From Candidatus Iainarchaeum sp. (lineage in GTDB: Archaea > Iainarchaeota > Iainarchaeia > Iainarchaeales > CSSED10-239): a stretch of DNA of 32,000 nt. The notes beneath the pieces were generated by a model. That model worked only from the letters and a program-made list of their open reading frames with translations. It had not been told where the DNA came from and did no database searches. How positions within the stretch are numbered: position 1 is the stretch's first letter; every line of letters begins with the position of its first letter. The stretch is from contig JAQVTI010000001.1 of assembly GCA_028700115.1 (NCBI GenBank), positions 150,001 through 182,000 of the forward strand, in the 5' to 3' direction. The position numbers and the translations under genes were made by a program. Positions 1 through 8,945 of this stretch are shown here, in pieces.

Positions 1-1
1 T

Positions 2-841
2 AAAAGAAAAAAAGTTGCTGCACAATATGGTTCTGGGTTTGATAAAGGAATAATTAAACTTTCAAAAGAAAATAAATTTAAATCAAAATCAGAATATCTA
101 AAAACTTTTTTAGAAAAGCAGAATCTTAATTTAGGATGTTTATATTCTTCTGGAAAAGACTCTAATCTTTCTTTAAATATTCTAAAAAAACAAAATTATA
201 AAATAAAATGTTTAATTTCTATTATTCCAGAAAACAAAGACTCATACATGTATCAAACTCCTGATTTAAAAATTTTAAAAGCACAATCAGAATGTATAGA
301 AATACCTTTAGTTTTAGGAAAAACAAAAGGTGAAAAAGAAAAAGAATTAATTGATCTTAAAAAAGTAATTAAAAAAGCAAAAGATAAATACAATCTGCAA
401 GGAATTGTCTCAGGTGCATTATTTAGTAACTACCAAAGAGAAAGAATTCAAAACATATGTAATGATTTAGGTTTAAGATTGTTTTCACCTCTATGGAATA
501 TAAACCAAGAAAAAGAAGTTTTGAAATTAATAAAAGAAAAATTTGATTTTAGAATTGTTAAAATTGCTGGATATGGACTAAATAAAGATTGGTTTTTAAG
601 AAAAATAGATTTAAAAGCTTTAGAAGAACTTAAAAAACTAAATAAGAAATATGGTTTCAATGTAGCAGGAGAAGGTGGAGAATTTGAAACTATTGTTTTA
701 GACTCACCTGATTTTAAAAAAAAAATAAAAGTTATAGACTACAAGATAAATTTAGAAAATGAATTTACTGGTGAAATTGAAATTAAAAAAATAAAAATAG
801 AAGAAAAAAGAAAAACTAATTCTAACAAGTACAACCAATAG
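2..841 (+). CDS. dph6: Diphthine--ammonia ligase-like (Dph6 / MJ0570 family) PP-loop ATPase, 5'-truncated by the window edge
   Basis: The frame is open from position 2, upstream of the called Met at 248, and contains the PP-loop motif LYSSGKDSNLSL. Downstream are family hallmarks GALFSNYQRERIQNICNDLGLRLFSPLW, AGYGLNKDWFLRKID and GEGGEFETIVLDSPDF. Confidence 0.85.
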   Translation, partial: KRKKVAAQYGSGFDKGIIKLSKENKFKSKSEYLKTFLEKQNLNLGCLYSSGKDSNLSLNILKKQNYKIKCLISIIPENKDSYMYQTPDLKILKAQSECIEIPLVLGKTKGEKEKELIDLKKVIKKAKDKYNLQGIVSGALFSNYQRERIQNICNDLGLRLFSPLWNINQEKEVLKLIKEKFDFRIVKIAGYGLNKDWFLRKIDLKALEELKKLNKKYGFNVAGEGGEFETIVLDSPDFKKKIKVIDYKINLENEFTGEIEIKKIKIEEKRKTNSNKYNQ

Positions 842-2096
842 CTGCACAACTTTTACCCCAAGCAGTTGCCATTGCTTGACAAAGTGCGACATTACCGTCT
901 GTAGATGACCTATAAAACATATCACTTGTATCAGTTGTAATCGAAACATTCCATGAAGATAAATTTCTATTCATTTTAGTTCTACCAAACATATAATACA
1001 TAGTAGATACATTTGAAACATCCCAATTAGATAAATCTTGGTTAAAATTACTTGCATATGCGAACATATTACGCATATTATTAATATTTGAAACATCCCA
1101 ATTATTCATATTAGAAACATAAGATACATTTGAACAATTTCTAAAAAAACCTTCTAAACTAGTAACCCCATTTAAATCTAAAATATCAGTTGCAGTTATA
1201 CTAGTTAAATTACTACAACCATAAAATGCATTTGTACTAAATTTTGGGTTAAACCCCCCCCAATGAGATATATTTGTAATTTTAGGATAATCTCCAGAAG
1301 CATTAAAAGACCAACCTTGAATAGTTCCAAACATATTTACATCATAAATTCCTGATGAAGAATAAGTATGTAATTTATCAGAATCATCATAAGAAGTTAT
1401 TTCTGAAGTAGTCCCATCTCCCCAATCTACTGTAAAATCATAATTACCTTCAGAAACTAAAGGTAAAGATATTTGATTAGCTTCACTAGATCCAGTAGAA
1501 GTTTTTGTAGTATCCCAAGTTGAAGAAAAATAAGGAATTATACAATCTTGACCACATGAAGAAATTGTTTCATCTCCATTACAAGTTCCATCTCCACAAT
1601 AAGGTGCATTATCACATGAAACAAGACTTGCTCCTAAATAACTTACAGGAATAGAAATATATTTACCATCATTAGTTTTTAATTCTAAAATAAATTCTTT
1701 TGAAGGAATACATATTATATCTAATTGATTACTTCTATTTGGATTAATAACTAAAGGAGTTTCTAAAGTATATTCTGTGTTTATAAAATTTGTATTTTCT
1801 GCGGTTGTAGAAATTAATTTATATGCAACAACATTTAAATCTTTATTAAAATTGTTATTTTCTAAAACAACTTTAGAATAATCCCCAGACATACTTTCAT
1901 AAACAGATCTGTATTTTATAAACCCATCTAAATCTGATTTATCATAAGTAACTACAGAAGATTCATCTAGATTAGATGTAGTAAAATCTTTTGAAAAAGA
2001 AACAATTCCTGCAATTAAAACAACTGAAACTAAAACAATTAAAACAGTTGCAATTAATGGAGAAATTGCTTTTTTATAAAAATCATTGCCAAACAT
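822..2096 (-). CDS. Secreted surface protein: archaeal type IV pilin-like N-terminus plus Cys-rich motif plus BspA-like/DUF285 repeats
   Basis: N-terminus KKAISPLIATVLIVLVSVVLIAGIVSF resembles archaeal pilin signal peptides. It is followed by CGDGTCNGDETISSCGQDC and DUF285-type repeats (FNQDLSNWDVSNVSTMYYMF). The likely start is the Met at 2096 (MFGNDFYKKAISPL), not 2180. Confidence 0.8.
   Translation of the reverse strand: MFGNDFYKKAISPLIATVLIVLVSVVLIAGIVSFSKDFTTSNLDESSVVTYDKSDLDGFIKYRSVYESMSGDYSKVVLENNNFNKDLNVVAYKLISTTAENTNFINTEYTLETPLVINPNRSNQLDIICIPSKEFILELKTNDGKYISIPVSYLGASLVSCDNAPYCGDGTCNGDETISSCGQDCIIPYFSSTWDTTKTSTGSSEANQISLPLVSEGNYDFTVDWGDGTTSEITSYDDSDKLHTYSSSGIYDVNMFGTIQGWSFNASGDYPKITNISHWGGFNPKFSTNAFYGCSNLTSITATDILDLNGVTSLEGFFRNCSNVSYVSNMNNWDVSNINNMRNMFAYASNFNQDLSNWDVSNVSTMYYMFGRTKMNRNLSSWNVSITTDTSDMFYRSSTDGNVALCQAMATAWGKSCAAIGCTC
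1576..2077 (-). repeat. 502-bp cassette shared with 23863-24364
   Basis: By-eye alignment shows no indels and 7 mismatches, 6 of them at 1906-1912. Confidence 0.92.
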
Positions 2097-2157
2097 ATAT
2101 AAACAATTATAAAAAATATTTAAAAACATATTTATTATTAAATAAAAATTAAAAAAA

Positions 2158-2739
2158 TTAATCAAAAGAAATATCATCAATTTTAACTTCTTGGGTCTTA
2201 ACTTTTTTATAACCTTCTGCTTTTAAAGATAAAGATTTTAACATTTTAAAAACAGTTGTATGTTTTACACCTTGTAATATTTTTTCAATAACATCTCTTA
2301 CTTCAGAAATATTATCTTGATAACCAATAATAGAAACTGTCTTTCCATAAACAGAAATAAAACAATGAAGCTTATCTTCAATCATTTTTTTAATATGACC
2401 ATCTTTTCCAATAACTCTTCCTCTTATTTGTTCATGTCTATTTCTTGTATTTTTTACAAAATCATCTAAATCAATTATTTCTAAAAGAAAATTATCTTCT
2501 AAAAGATTAAAAGAAACTTCTGGAGAAAACCCTCTTGAAATTGCAGTAAGTATATTTTTTGCGATATGTATTTCATAAAATGATTTTTTAGTTGAAATAA
2601 TTATTTCCCCAGTATGACTATTAATATTTAAATTAGTAGAAGTTTTTTTTTGAATATCTTTTTTAGTTTGACCATTTTCTCCAATAATTACAGCAAGTCT
2701 TTTTTTAGTAACTTTTATTTCATCTTCCATAAAGCTCAA
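2158..2739 (-). CDS. pno1: KH-domain rRNA assembly protein (archaeal Dim2/Pno1 homolog)
   Basis: Two KH-type segments (RLAVIIGENGQTKKDIQKKT; RGRVIGKDGHIKKMIEDKL) in the conserved archaeal aIF1A-Rio1-KH gene order. Confidence 0.85.
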   Translation of the reverse strand: MSFMEDEIKVTKKRLAVIIGENGQTKKDIQKKTSTNLNINSHTGEIIISTKKSFYEIHIAKNILTAISRGFSPEVSFNLLEDNFLLEIIDLDDFVKNTRNRHEQIRGRVIGKDGHIKKMIEDKLHCFISVYGKTVSIIGYQDNISEVRDVIEKILQGVKHTTVFKMLKSLSLKAEGYKKVKTQEVKIDDISFD

Positions 2740-3457
2740 CTTTTTTCTTTTTTAAATCTTCTAAAAACATGTCATATGTAATTTCTATTTTTGGAAATTT
2801 TTTAGACAAAAAATCCACAATATTAATAATATCTCTTTTTAAAAAAAACTTAGATTTAGGATGGCTATAAGTTACAGATTGACCCATATCAATAATACTT
2901 ATTATTTGAGAAATAGGGTTAATTAAAATATTAAATGCAGAAAAATCTGCATGAACTATTTTAGCTCCATAAAGCAATTTTGCATAATTATCTATAAGTT
3001 GAGGATAAATTTTATCTAAATCAAAATCAATTTCATTAAGTCTTGGGAAAGATTTATCATTTATACCTAAAAAAGACATAATAATTATATTTTTTTCTCT
3101 AGCTATTACAACAGGACAACTAACATTATATTTTAAAGCAAGAGTTAAATTTTTAAATTCTTTAGAAGCCCAAACCATAAACATATCTCTTTTGTCAGTA
3201 GACATATTTCTAAATCTAAAATCTCCTTTAATATATTGATCCATATTTTTAAATTTAGAAGTTTCTATCTTATAAATTTTTGCAACTAAGGGAGTTTTTT
3301 CTAAATGTCCTAAAAAAGTAATTGCTTCTTTTCCACTAGATATAGGAGAATCAATTGAAGTAATAATATTATTAGAAGAAAGTTTAAATAAAGCTTTATG
3401 TGTAGATTCATCAAAAACATAATTCTCTATCTTAGTATTAATTTTCATAAATATCAA
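2720..3457 (-). CDS. rio1: RIO1-type serine/threonine protein kinase
   Basis: Contains IVHADFSAFNILIN (HxDxxxxN catalytic loop), IIDMGQSVTYSHPKS (ID metal-binding motif) and YKIETSKFKNMDQYIKGDFRFR. Confidence 0.9.
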   Translation of the reverse strand: MIFMKINTKIENYVFDESTHKALFKLSSNNIITSIDSPISSGKEAITFLGHLEKTPLVAKIYKIETSKFKNMDQYIKGDFRFRNMSTDKRDMFMVWASKEFKNLTLALKYNVSCPVVIAREKNIIIMSFLGINDKSFPRLNEIDFDLDKIYPQLIDNYAKLLYGAKIVHADFSAFNILINPISQIISIIDMGQSVTYSHPKSKFFLKRDIINIVDFLSKKFPKIEITYDMFLEDLKKKKVELYGR

Positions 3458-3479
3458 AATTTATTTATATTAAAAATAA

Positions 3480-3839
3480 TTATTCTTTTTCATTTTTAGA
3501 ATAATTATTTGAAGAAACAACATCATGAGTAAATTTATATAAATTATTTAAAACACCTTTTCTTTCAAGTTGACCAACTTGAAAACCTAAAAATCTCCAA
3601 ATCACATCTCCTTTTATAGGTTGAAAATCCCAAAGTTTTACTATAACAACATCTCCTGGTTTTATCCAAATATGTTTAAACATTTTTCCAGGTATTCTAC
3701 AAACTCTTTCTATTCCATCTTCACAAAGAATAGAAATATTATTTACACCCATAAGTTGTACTACTTTTCCAAATAACTCTAAGTCTTCTTTTCTTGGCAA
3801 CCTAAGTCTTTTAAAATTTGGGGTTTGATCTAAGCTCAA
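3480..3839 (-). CDS. eif1a: Translation initiation factor aIF-1A
   Basis: S1/OB-fold signature RLRLPRKEDLELFGKVVQLMGVNNISILCEDGIERVCRIPGKMFKHIWIKPGDVVIVKLWDFQ. Confidence 0.93.
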   Translation of the reverse strand: MSLDQTPNFKRLRLPRKEDLELFGKVVQLMGVNNISILCEDGIERVCRIPGKMFKHIWIKPGDVVIVKLWDFQPIKGDVIWRFLGFQVGQLERKGVLNNLYKFTHDVVSSNNYSKNEKE

Positions 3840-3857
3840 AAATTAATCACTCCTTTA

Positions 3858-4163
3858 TTAAATTTTATATATTTGCACATGTGGCACTTTATTTAAAAAA
3901 ATTACTTGATCTTTATTAATTAAATTATTATTTATAAAAAAACCACAAGATTTTTTCCCAAAACAATTTACAGAATCACAATCTTTAAAAAAATCTAAAA
4001 CTTCTTTTTCAGAAATAATTTTTTCTCCAAAAAAAGAAGAAGATATCATAATTTCAAAATTTTTTAAAATAATTTTTGTATTAACTAAATTTGAATCACA
4101 AACAGCTAAGATTTTATTTTTTGAAAAATTATGTAATTTACCAATCATAATATTTGTTTCCAT
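3858..4163 (-). CDS. DUF424-family protein
   Basis: KILAVCDSNLVNTKI, FFGEKIISEKEV and C-terminal VPHVQIYKI resemble DUF424; neighbouring translation factor genes are consistent with that. Confidence 0.65.
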   Translation of the reverse strand: METNIMIGKLHNFSKNKILAVCDSNLVNTKIILKNFEIMISSSFFGEKIISEKEVLDFFKDCDSVNCFGKKSCGFFINNNLINKDQVIFLNKVPHVQIYKI

Positions 4164-4196
4164 TTTAAATTTTAAATAATAAACTTTTTAAAAAAA

Positions 4197-4622
4197 TTAT
4201 AATTTTGGTAAAGGATTAATTGCACCACAAACACTACATTTTAAAACCTTTACACCATTTTGAGTTACAATATCTGTATCTGGTTTTTTACAAGCAAGAC
4301 ATATCACAAAATTTTTTAAATATTTCTCAAAGATTTGATTTAATTTATAATTATTAAAAACACCATTTAAAATTAAAGTACCATTTTGAATACTTGAAGA
4401 TGTAGAAATCTCTTTCATAATAAATTTATATATTTGAGATTCATCTCTTTTAATAGTTTTTGCAACTTTTGAAAAATTTTTCCAAATAGTTTGTTTACCC
4501 ATAACCATTGATTCAACTGTTGGAAGTATAAATCTAGAATCATCTAATGCTTTATTAGGAAGAGACATATAAATCCTATCTAATAAATCTTTATAATTTA
4601 ATTCATTTTTAGTATCGTTCAT
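4197..4622 (-). CDS. eif2b: Translation initiation factor aIF-2 beta
   Basis: Zn-ribbon CLACKKPDTDIVTQNGVKVLKCSVCGAINPLPKL and the N-terminal domain FILPTVESMVMGKQTIWKNFSKVAKTIKRD. Confidence 0.92.
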   Translation of the reverse strand: MNDTKNELNYKDLLDRIYMSLPNKALDDSRFILPTVESMVMGKQTIWKNFSKVAKTIKRDESQIYKFIMKEISTSSSIQNGTLILNGVFNNYKLNQIFEKYLKNFVICLACKKPDTDIVTQNGVKVLKCSVCGAINPLPKL

Positions 4623-4724
4623 AAATATAATATATGATAAGAAGTATTTATAAAACTAAAGTAAAAAGAAAAAAAAGAAAATAAATCAAGAAAAATTAAA
4701 AAAATAAAAATAAACAAAATAAAA

Positions 4725-5576
4725 CTATAAAAGAAATATTAAAATATAAATAATTACAAAAAGCATAAATAAAGTTTGAAGGGGAAGAGCAGGAAGTGCT
4801 TTTATTTTTTTAGACTTAGAAAGAATTACAAAAGTTAAAACCAATCCTAAAATAGAAGCAAGCCAAATAAACATAATAGGAAATATTGTTTGAATAAAGG
4901 TATATTTACCAATTAATATATAAAAAAAAGATACAGAAGTTAATAATGGAATAACAATATCTCCCCCTCCAAGTTGATATACTTTTCTTTTAGTAGGAAT
5001 AGAAAATGTAAAAGCTAATTTTTTTTTAATAACCATATTTGCTAAAACCACCATATGCTTTGTATAAAAAACAGCAATAATATCATAAATAGATAATAAA
5101 ATTATAAAAACGATTACAGGAATAACACCTAAAGATAAACCAATAATAGACCCTGCTCCTGCAATAGATATAGCTAATAAAAAATTATTATACCACATTA
5201 AAAGTTTTATATTTTTTTTAAATTTTAAAAAATTTCTAAAAACTAATAAAAACAAACTAATTAACAAAGCAAAATAATAAGATAAAAAAACATCAAAAAC
5301 AACTACACAACCAACAAATAAAGCCATAATTTCAAAAAAATTAAGATAATTTTGTTTTTTAAAAAATCTTTTTAAAAAAATCATAAGAAAAGTAAATATT
5401 AAAATTTCAATTAAAATACCAAAAGCATTAATTACATTATTAGGATCTTCTGTAAATACACCTCTAACAGCATCTTGATTTAAATAATAATTTGCAGAAA
5501 TTAACCCAATTATTTGTATAAATACAAAAATTAAAATAAAAATTATAAAAAAATTAAAATCTAATTTTTTAGTCAT
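4725..5576 (-). CDS. Presenilin-like (A22/signal peptide peptidase-type) intramembrane aspartyl protease
   Basis: Polytopic membrane protein with SIYDIIAVFYTKHM (YD), KVYQLGGGDIVIPLL (GxGD) and LPALPLQTLFM (PAL), in the expected order. Confidence 0.82.
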   Translation of the reverse strand: MTKKLDFNFFIIFILIFVFIQIIGLISANYYLNQDAVRGVFTEDPNNVINAFGILIEILIFTFLMIFLKRFFKKQNYLNFFEIMALFVGCVVVFDVFLSYYFALLISLFLLVFRNFLKFKKNIKLLMWYNNFLLAISIAGAGSIIGLSLGVIPVIVFIILLSIYDIIAVFYTKHMVVLANMVIKKKLAFTFSIPTKRKVYQLGGGDIVIPLLTSVSFFYILIGKYTFIQTIFPIMFIWLASILGLVLTFVILSKSKKIKALPALPLQTLFMLFVIIYILIFLL

Positions 5577-5653
5577 AAATAATCTTTTTTTAAAATTTTA
5601 TTTTAAAAATATATATTTTATAATGTTATTAAAAATAATAAATATCTTTAAAA

Positions 5654-6031
5654 TTATTTAGAAAATTCTTTTTTAAAAGGTTTTTTATATGAAAAATCTT
5701 TAAAAATATTATAATCATTAGAAATCTTTTTAAACAAAAGACTATAAAGACCTTTTTGTTTATAATAACTTGAAATTACAACTTCTTTTTTAAAAAACTT
5801 ATTAGAAGAAACTTTACCAATTATAAAACCTATTGCATTTGTATTTTGTTTTGCAATATAAATCACATAATTTTTATTTAAAACTAAATCTTCTAAATCT
5901 TTTTTAACTTTTGGAATACTTTTTGTAATATCTATTCCTGGAAATTTAATTTTTAAAAAATCAGAAATATATGAATCTTTTAAAAAAATAATATTTTTAG
6001 AATAAATTTTAGAATAAATTATATTGTTCAT
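5654..6031 (-). CDS. Small GNAT-like acetyltransferase
   Basis: AIGFIIGKV followed by VVISSYYKQKGLYSLLFKKI resembles GNAT motif A (Q/R-x-x-G). Confidence 0.6.
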   Translation of the reverse strand: MNNIIYSKIYSKNIIFLKDSYISDFLKIKFPGIDITKSIPKVKKDLEDLVLNKNYVIYIAKQNTNAIGFIIGKVSSNKFFKKEVVISSYYKQKGLYSLLFKKISNDYNIFKDFSYKKPFKKEFSK

Positions 6032-6054
6032 ATTAATATATACTTTACAAAATA

Positions 6055-8199
6055 TTAAAAACTATCCTGTTCAATAGGTTTTAATAAACCTATTTTTGGT
6101 TCATAAACATCTCCAATTTTTTTAAGTTTAGAAATTGCTTCTAAAACCTTATCTCTATTATGTCCTTCTTTTTCAGCAAAATCTAAAACTTCCTTTGTAG
6201 GAATTGGATTTCCATTTTCACAAAGATCTTTTATATATCTTAAAACAGTTTTTACAAGATTTCTTTCAGATTGAGATTGACCTGTTGCTAAAATATCAAT
6301 ATCTATTTTTCCAGTTTCAACATCTAAAGCAGTTTGTTCTAAAGAAGTTTTAAAAATTCTAATTGCTCTTTGAGCATCATCTGGGTCAATTATTTTTTTT
6401 AATTTTATTTTTGCACTAGCTTCAGATAATCTAATTAATCCTTCTAACTGTCTTGGAGTTGCTGCAAAACTTTTTTGTTTTCGCCCAAGATCTCTTAAAC
6501 TAATATAATAATCTAAAATAATTTTTGAAGCTTCAGCAGAAAGAATAGGTTTTATGTTCTGTCTTGAATAAGCAACATATTTTTTATAAAGTAAAGGATC
6601 TATTTCTGGAAGAATATTTCTATTTGCTTCATCATATTCTTCTTTATCTATAGAATTATCATTTGTTGAAAGTTTTTGTGCAAAAGTTTGTGTATTTAAA
6701 ATATGCTTTGCAATACTTATATCTTGATCTCTTTTTAAATTATCAGGAATAACAAAATATAAATCAAATCTTGAAATTAAAGAAAAAGGAAGATCTATTT
6801 GTTCAATTGGATTTTTAAAAGGATCAAATCTATTATATTTAGGATTTGCAGCAGCAAGAATAGAACAATCTGCTTTAAATTTACTATATAATCCAGCTTT
6901 TGAAACAGAAACAGTAGATTGAGCCATTGCTTCATGAAGAGAACTTTTATCTTCAGGACTTATTTTATCAAATTCATCAATTAATGCAATCCCACCACTT
7001 GCTAAAATAACAGCACCAGCCTTTAAAGTCCAACCACCTTCTCCAAATTCATCTTTTACTGCTGAAACTGTAAGCCCTGCTCCTGAAACTGTTTTTCCTG
7101 CAACATAAACAGATTTTGGTGCTAAAATATTTGTATATTCTAAAAGTTTAGATTTTCCTGTAGATGGATCACCAACTAAAAGAATATGAATATTCCCTCT
7201 TAATTTTTGTTTAGCTGCTTCTTTTTTAACACCACCAAACATTTGAAGAGTAATTGCTTCTTTTACAACTTCATGACCCCAAATATTAGGGGCAATAGAT
7301 CTTGCTAAAACATCATAAATATCATTTTTTTTAGAAAGTTCTAAAATTTGTGTTTCTTCTTCAGGATCAATGGTTAATTCATCATATTCTTGATCTATTT
7401 TTTCAATATGATTTGCAACAATATATTTCCCATAAATATTCATATCTCCTTTTGGAGGTCTTAATTTTAAAACACCAGTAACTAAAATTTTATCTCCTGC
7501 AGAACATTTATTAACAAGATCTTGAGAAAGATAAACATCTATATTACTTGCTTGATCAGAACCTTTTAAACTTTCTAAAGGCTCTTGCATTTGAATTTTT
7601 TGATAATCTATAAAAGCAGATTGCTCTAAATCAATATCAAATTCTCTAGACTTACACTCCCTACATAAAACAGGTTTTGAAAGCTGTTGGGATTTTTGTT
7701 CGATATCAATTGCAGTACCACATTTTCTACAAACAAAATGAGCTGTAGTTAATTTTTCTAATCTTTCAGTAATTAATCTAATTGTTCCTTCTGCAGAAAT
7801 TAATTTTGTTAAATGATCAGAACCAATATCTCTTATTGAAACCCTATATTCTTTTGGAAGATTATAAAATCTAATAATAGGTTCAAACTTTTCTTCAATT
7901 TCAGAATCTAAAATTCCAATATCTATTTTTTTAATTGCAGCATTTGCTGCTTCAATTATAATTTGAGGATTATCTATTAATCTTTCAGAAATATTTAAAT
8001 CAAATTCTTCTAATTTTTTATAATCTATATCAAGACTTATTTTTTTAGGATAATTAGAAGCAAGAAACTCAATTTCTCTTTTATATATATCATCAAAAAA
8101 TTCTTGCAAAATATCTATATAACTATCAATTGCTAAATCTTTTGGCTTTCCAGTATTTGTATCTTCAAGAGAATCAAATTCTTTATCTAAATCAATCAT
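6055..8199 (-). CDS. mcm: Replicative helicase MCM
   Basis: Walker A GDPSTGKSKLL, Walker B GGIALIDEFDKISPEDKSSLHEAM, arginine finger SLISRFDL, Zn motif CRKCGT...CRECKS. Intein-free. Confidence 0.97.
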   Translation of the reverse strand: MIDLDKEFDSLEDTNTGKPKDLAIDSYIDILQEFFDDIYKREIEFLASNYPKKISLDIDYKKLEEFDLNISERLIDNPQIIIEAANAAIKKIDIGILDSEIEEKFEPIIRFYNLPKEYRVSIRDIGSDHLTKLISAEGTIRLITERLEKLTTAHFVCRKCGTAIDIEQKSQQLSKPVLCRECKSREFDIDLEQSAFIDYQKIQMQEPLESLKGSDQASNIDVYLSQDLVNKCSAGDKILVTGVLKLRPPKGDMNIYGKYIVANHIEKIDQEYDELTIDPEEETQILELSKKNDIYDVLARSIAPNIWGHEVVKEAITLQMFGGVKKEAAKQKLRGNIHILLVGDPSTGKSKLLEYTNILAPKSVYVAGKTVSGAGLTVSAVKDEFGEGGWTLKAGAVILASGGIALIDEFDKISPEDKSSLHEAMAQSTVSVSKAGLYSKFKADCSILAAANPKYNRFDPFKNPIEQIDLPFSLISRFDLYFVIPDNLKRDQDISIAKHILNTQTFAQKLSTNDNSIDKEEYDEANRNILPEIDPLLYKKYVAYSRQNIKPILSAEASKIILDYYISLRDLGRKQKSFAATPRQLEGLIRLSEASAKIKLKKIIDPDDAQRAIRIFKTSLEQTALDVETGKIDIDILATGQSQSERNLVKTVLRYIKDLCENGNPIPTKEVLDFAEKEGHNRDKVLEAISKLKKIGDVYEPKIGLLKPIEQDSF

Positions 8200-8345
8200 T
8201 TATAAAAACCTCAAAAATATTATATATAAAATATTTATAAACATAAATAAAGGGTATGTGACCAAAACCTAAATTTACAAAAAATATAAATATATAAATT
8301 TTATTAAAATTTTCTATATATTACAAATTTTAAAAAAATCCTTAA

Positions 8346-8373
8346 AAAAACCTATTTTTAAAAATAGGTTTTT
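8346..8373. terminator. 28-bp perfect palindrome, possible terminator hairpin for the 8525-8866 gene
   Basis: aaaaacctatttttaaaaataggttttt equals its own reverse complement. Confidence 0.5.
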
Positions 8374-8524
8374 ATTAAAGAAAGTTTTATAGTTGTATAA
8401 AAATAAATATTACAAATCTTATATATTATTATTTAGTTTGGAAAAAATAAAAAAAAACATATAAAATAAGGAAATAATACAAGAAGTATAGAGGTAAAAT
8501 AAAAAAAAATAAAAAAAATACAAA

Positions 8525-8866
8525 TTAATTTACATAATAATTATATAAATAATTTGCAGCACCTTGACAACTTGCTTGACAAGCTTGCATATTATAATTA
8601 CAACTAGATACTGATGATCCACTATCTATACATATTTCAAAATTATCCTTACAACCATTAATACACCAATTATAAAAAGCACTATTATATGGAGATTCTT
8701 CATCTAAAGAAAATGGATTTGCAATAGATATAGGTTGTGAAATAATATTGTTTGCAGAACCAGATATTGTTAAATCATTTATTAAAAAACCAACAATTAT
8801 TCCAATAACTAAAGCAATAATTACTAAAAGACTTAACTTTAAATTATTTTTCATAAAACTAAACAC
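8525..8866 (-). CDS. Small secreted/membrane-anchored six-cysteine protein
   Basis: N-terminal TM segment LSLLVIIALVIGIIVGFLI, then WCINGCKDNFEICIDSGSSVSSCNYNMQACQASC. GAGGTG lies ahead of an ATG at 8854, which is the probable start. Confidence 0.6.
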   Translation of the reverse strand: MFSFMKNNLKLSLLVIIALVIGIIVGFLINDLTISGSANNIISQPISIANPFSLDEESPYNSAFYNWCINGCKDNFEICIDSGSSVSSCNYNMQACQASCQGAANYLYNYYVN

Positions 8867-8945
8867 CTCATAAACAAATATTTTAAAATATTTAATAATA
8901 TATATTATAAAAGATAATGTTTATAAAACAAATTAATATATAAAA

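Noticed and set aside
6055-8199. Possible intein in MCM (and in RtcB at 30537-31922)
   Set aside because: Both proteins have normal length and uninterrupted catalytic motifs; no splicing-domain motifs.
8200-8524. tRNA or structured ncRNA gene in the intergenic region
   Set aside because: Extremely AT-rich with no cloverleaf or GC-rich segment; only the 28-bp palindrome stands out.
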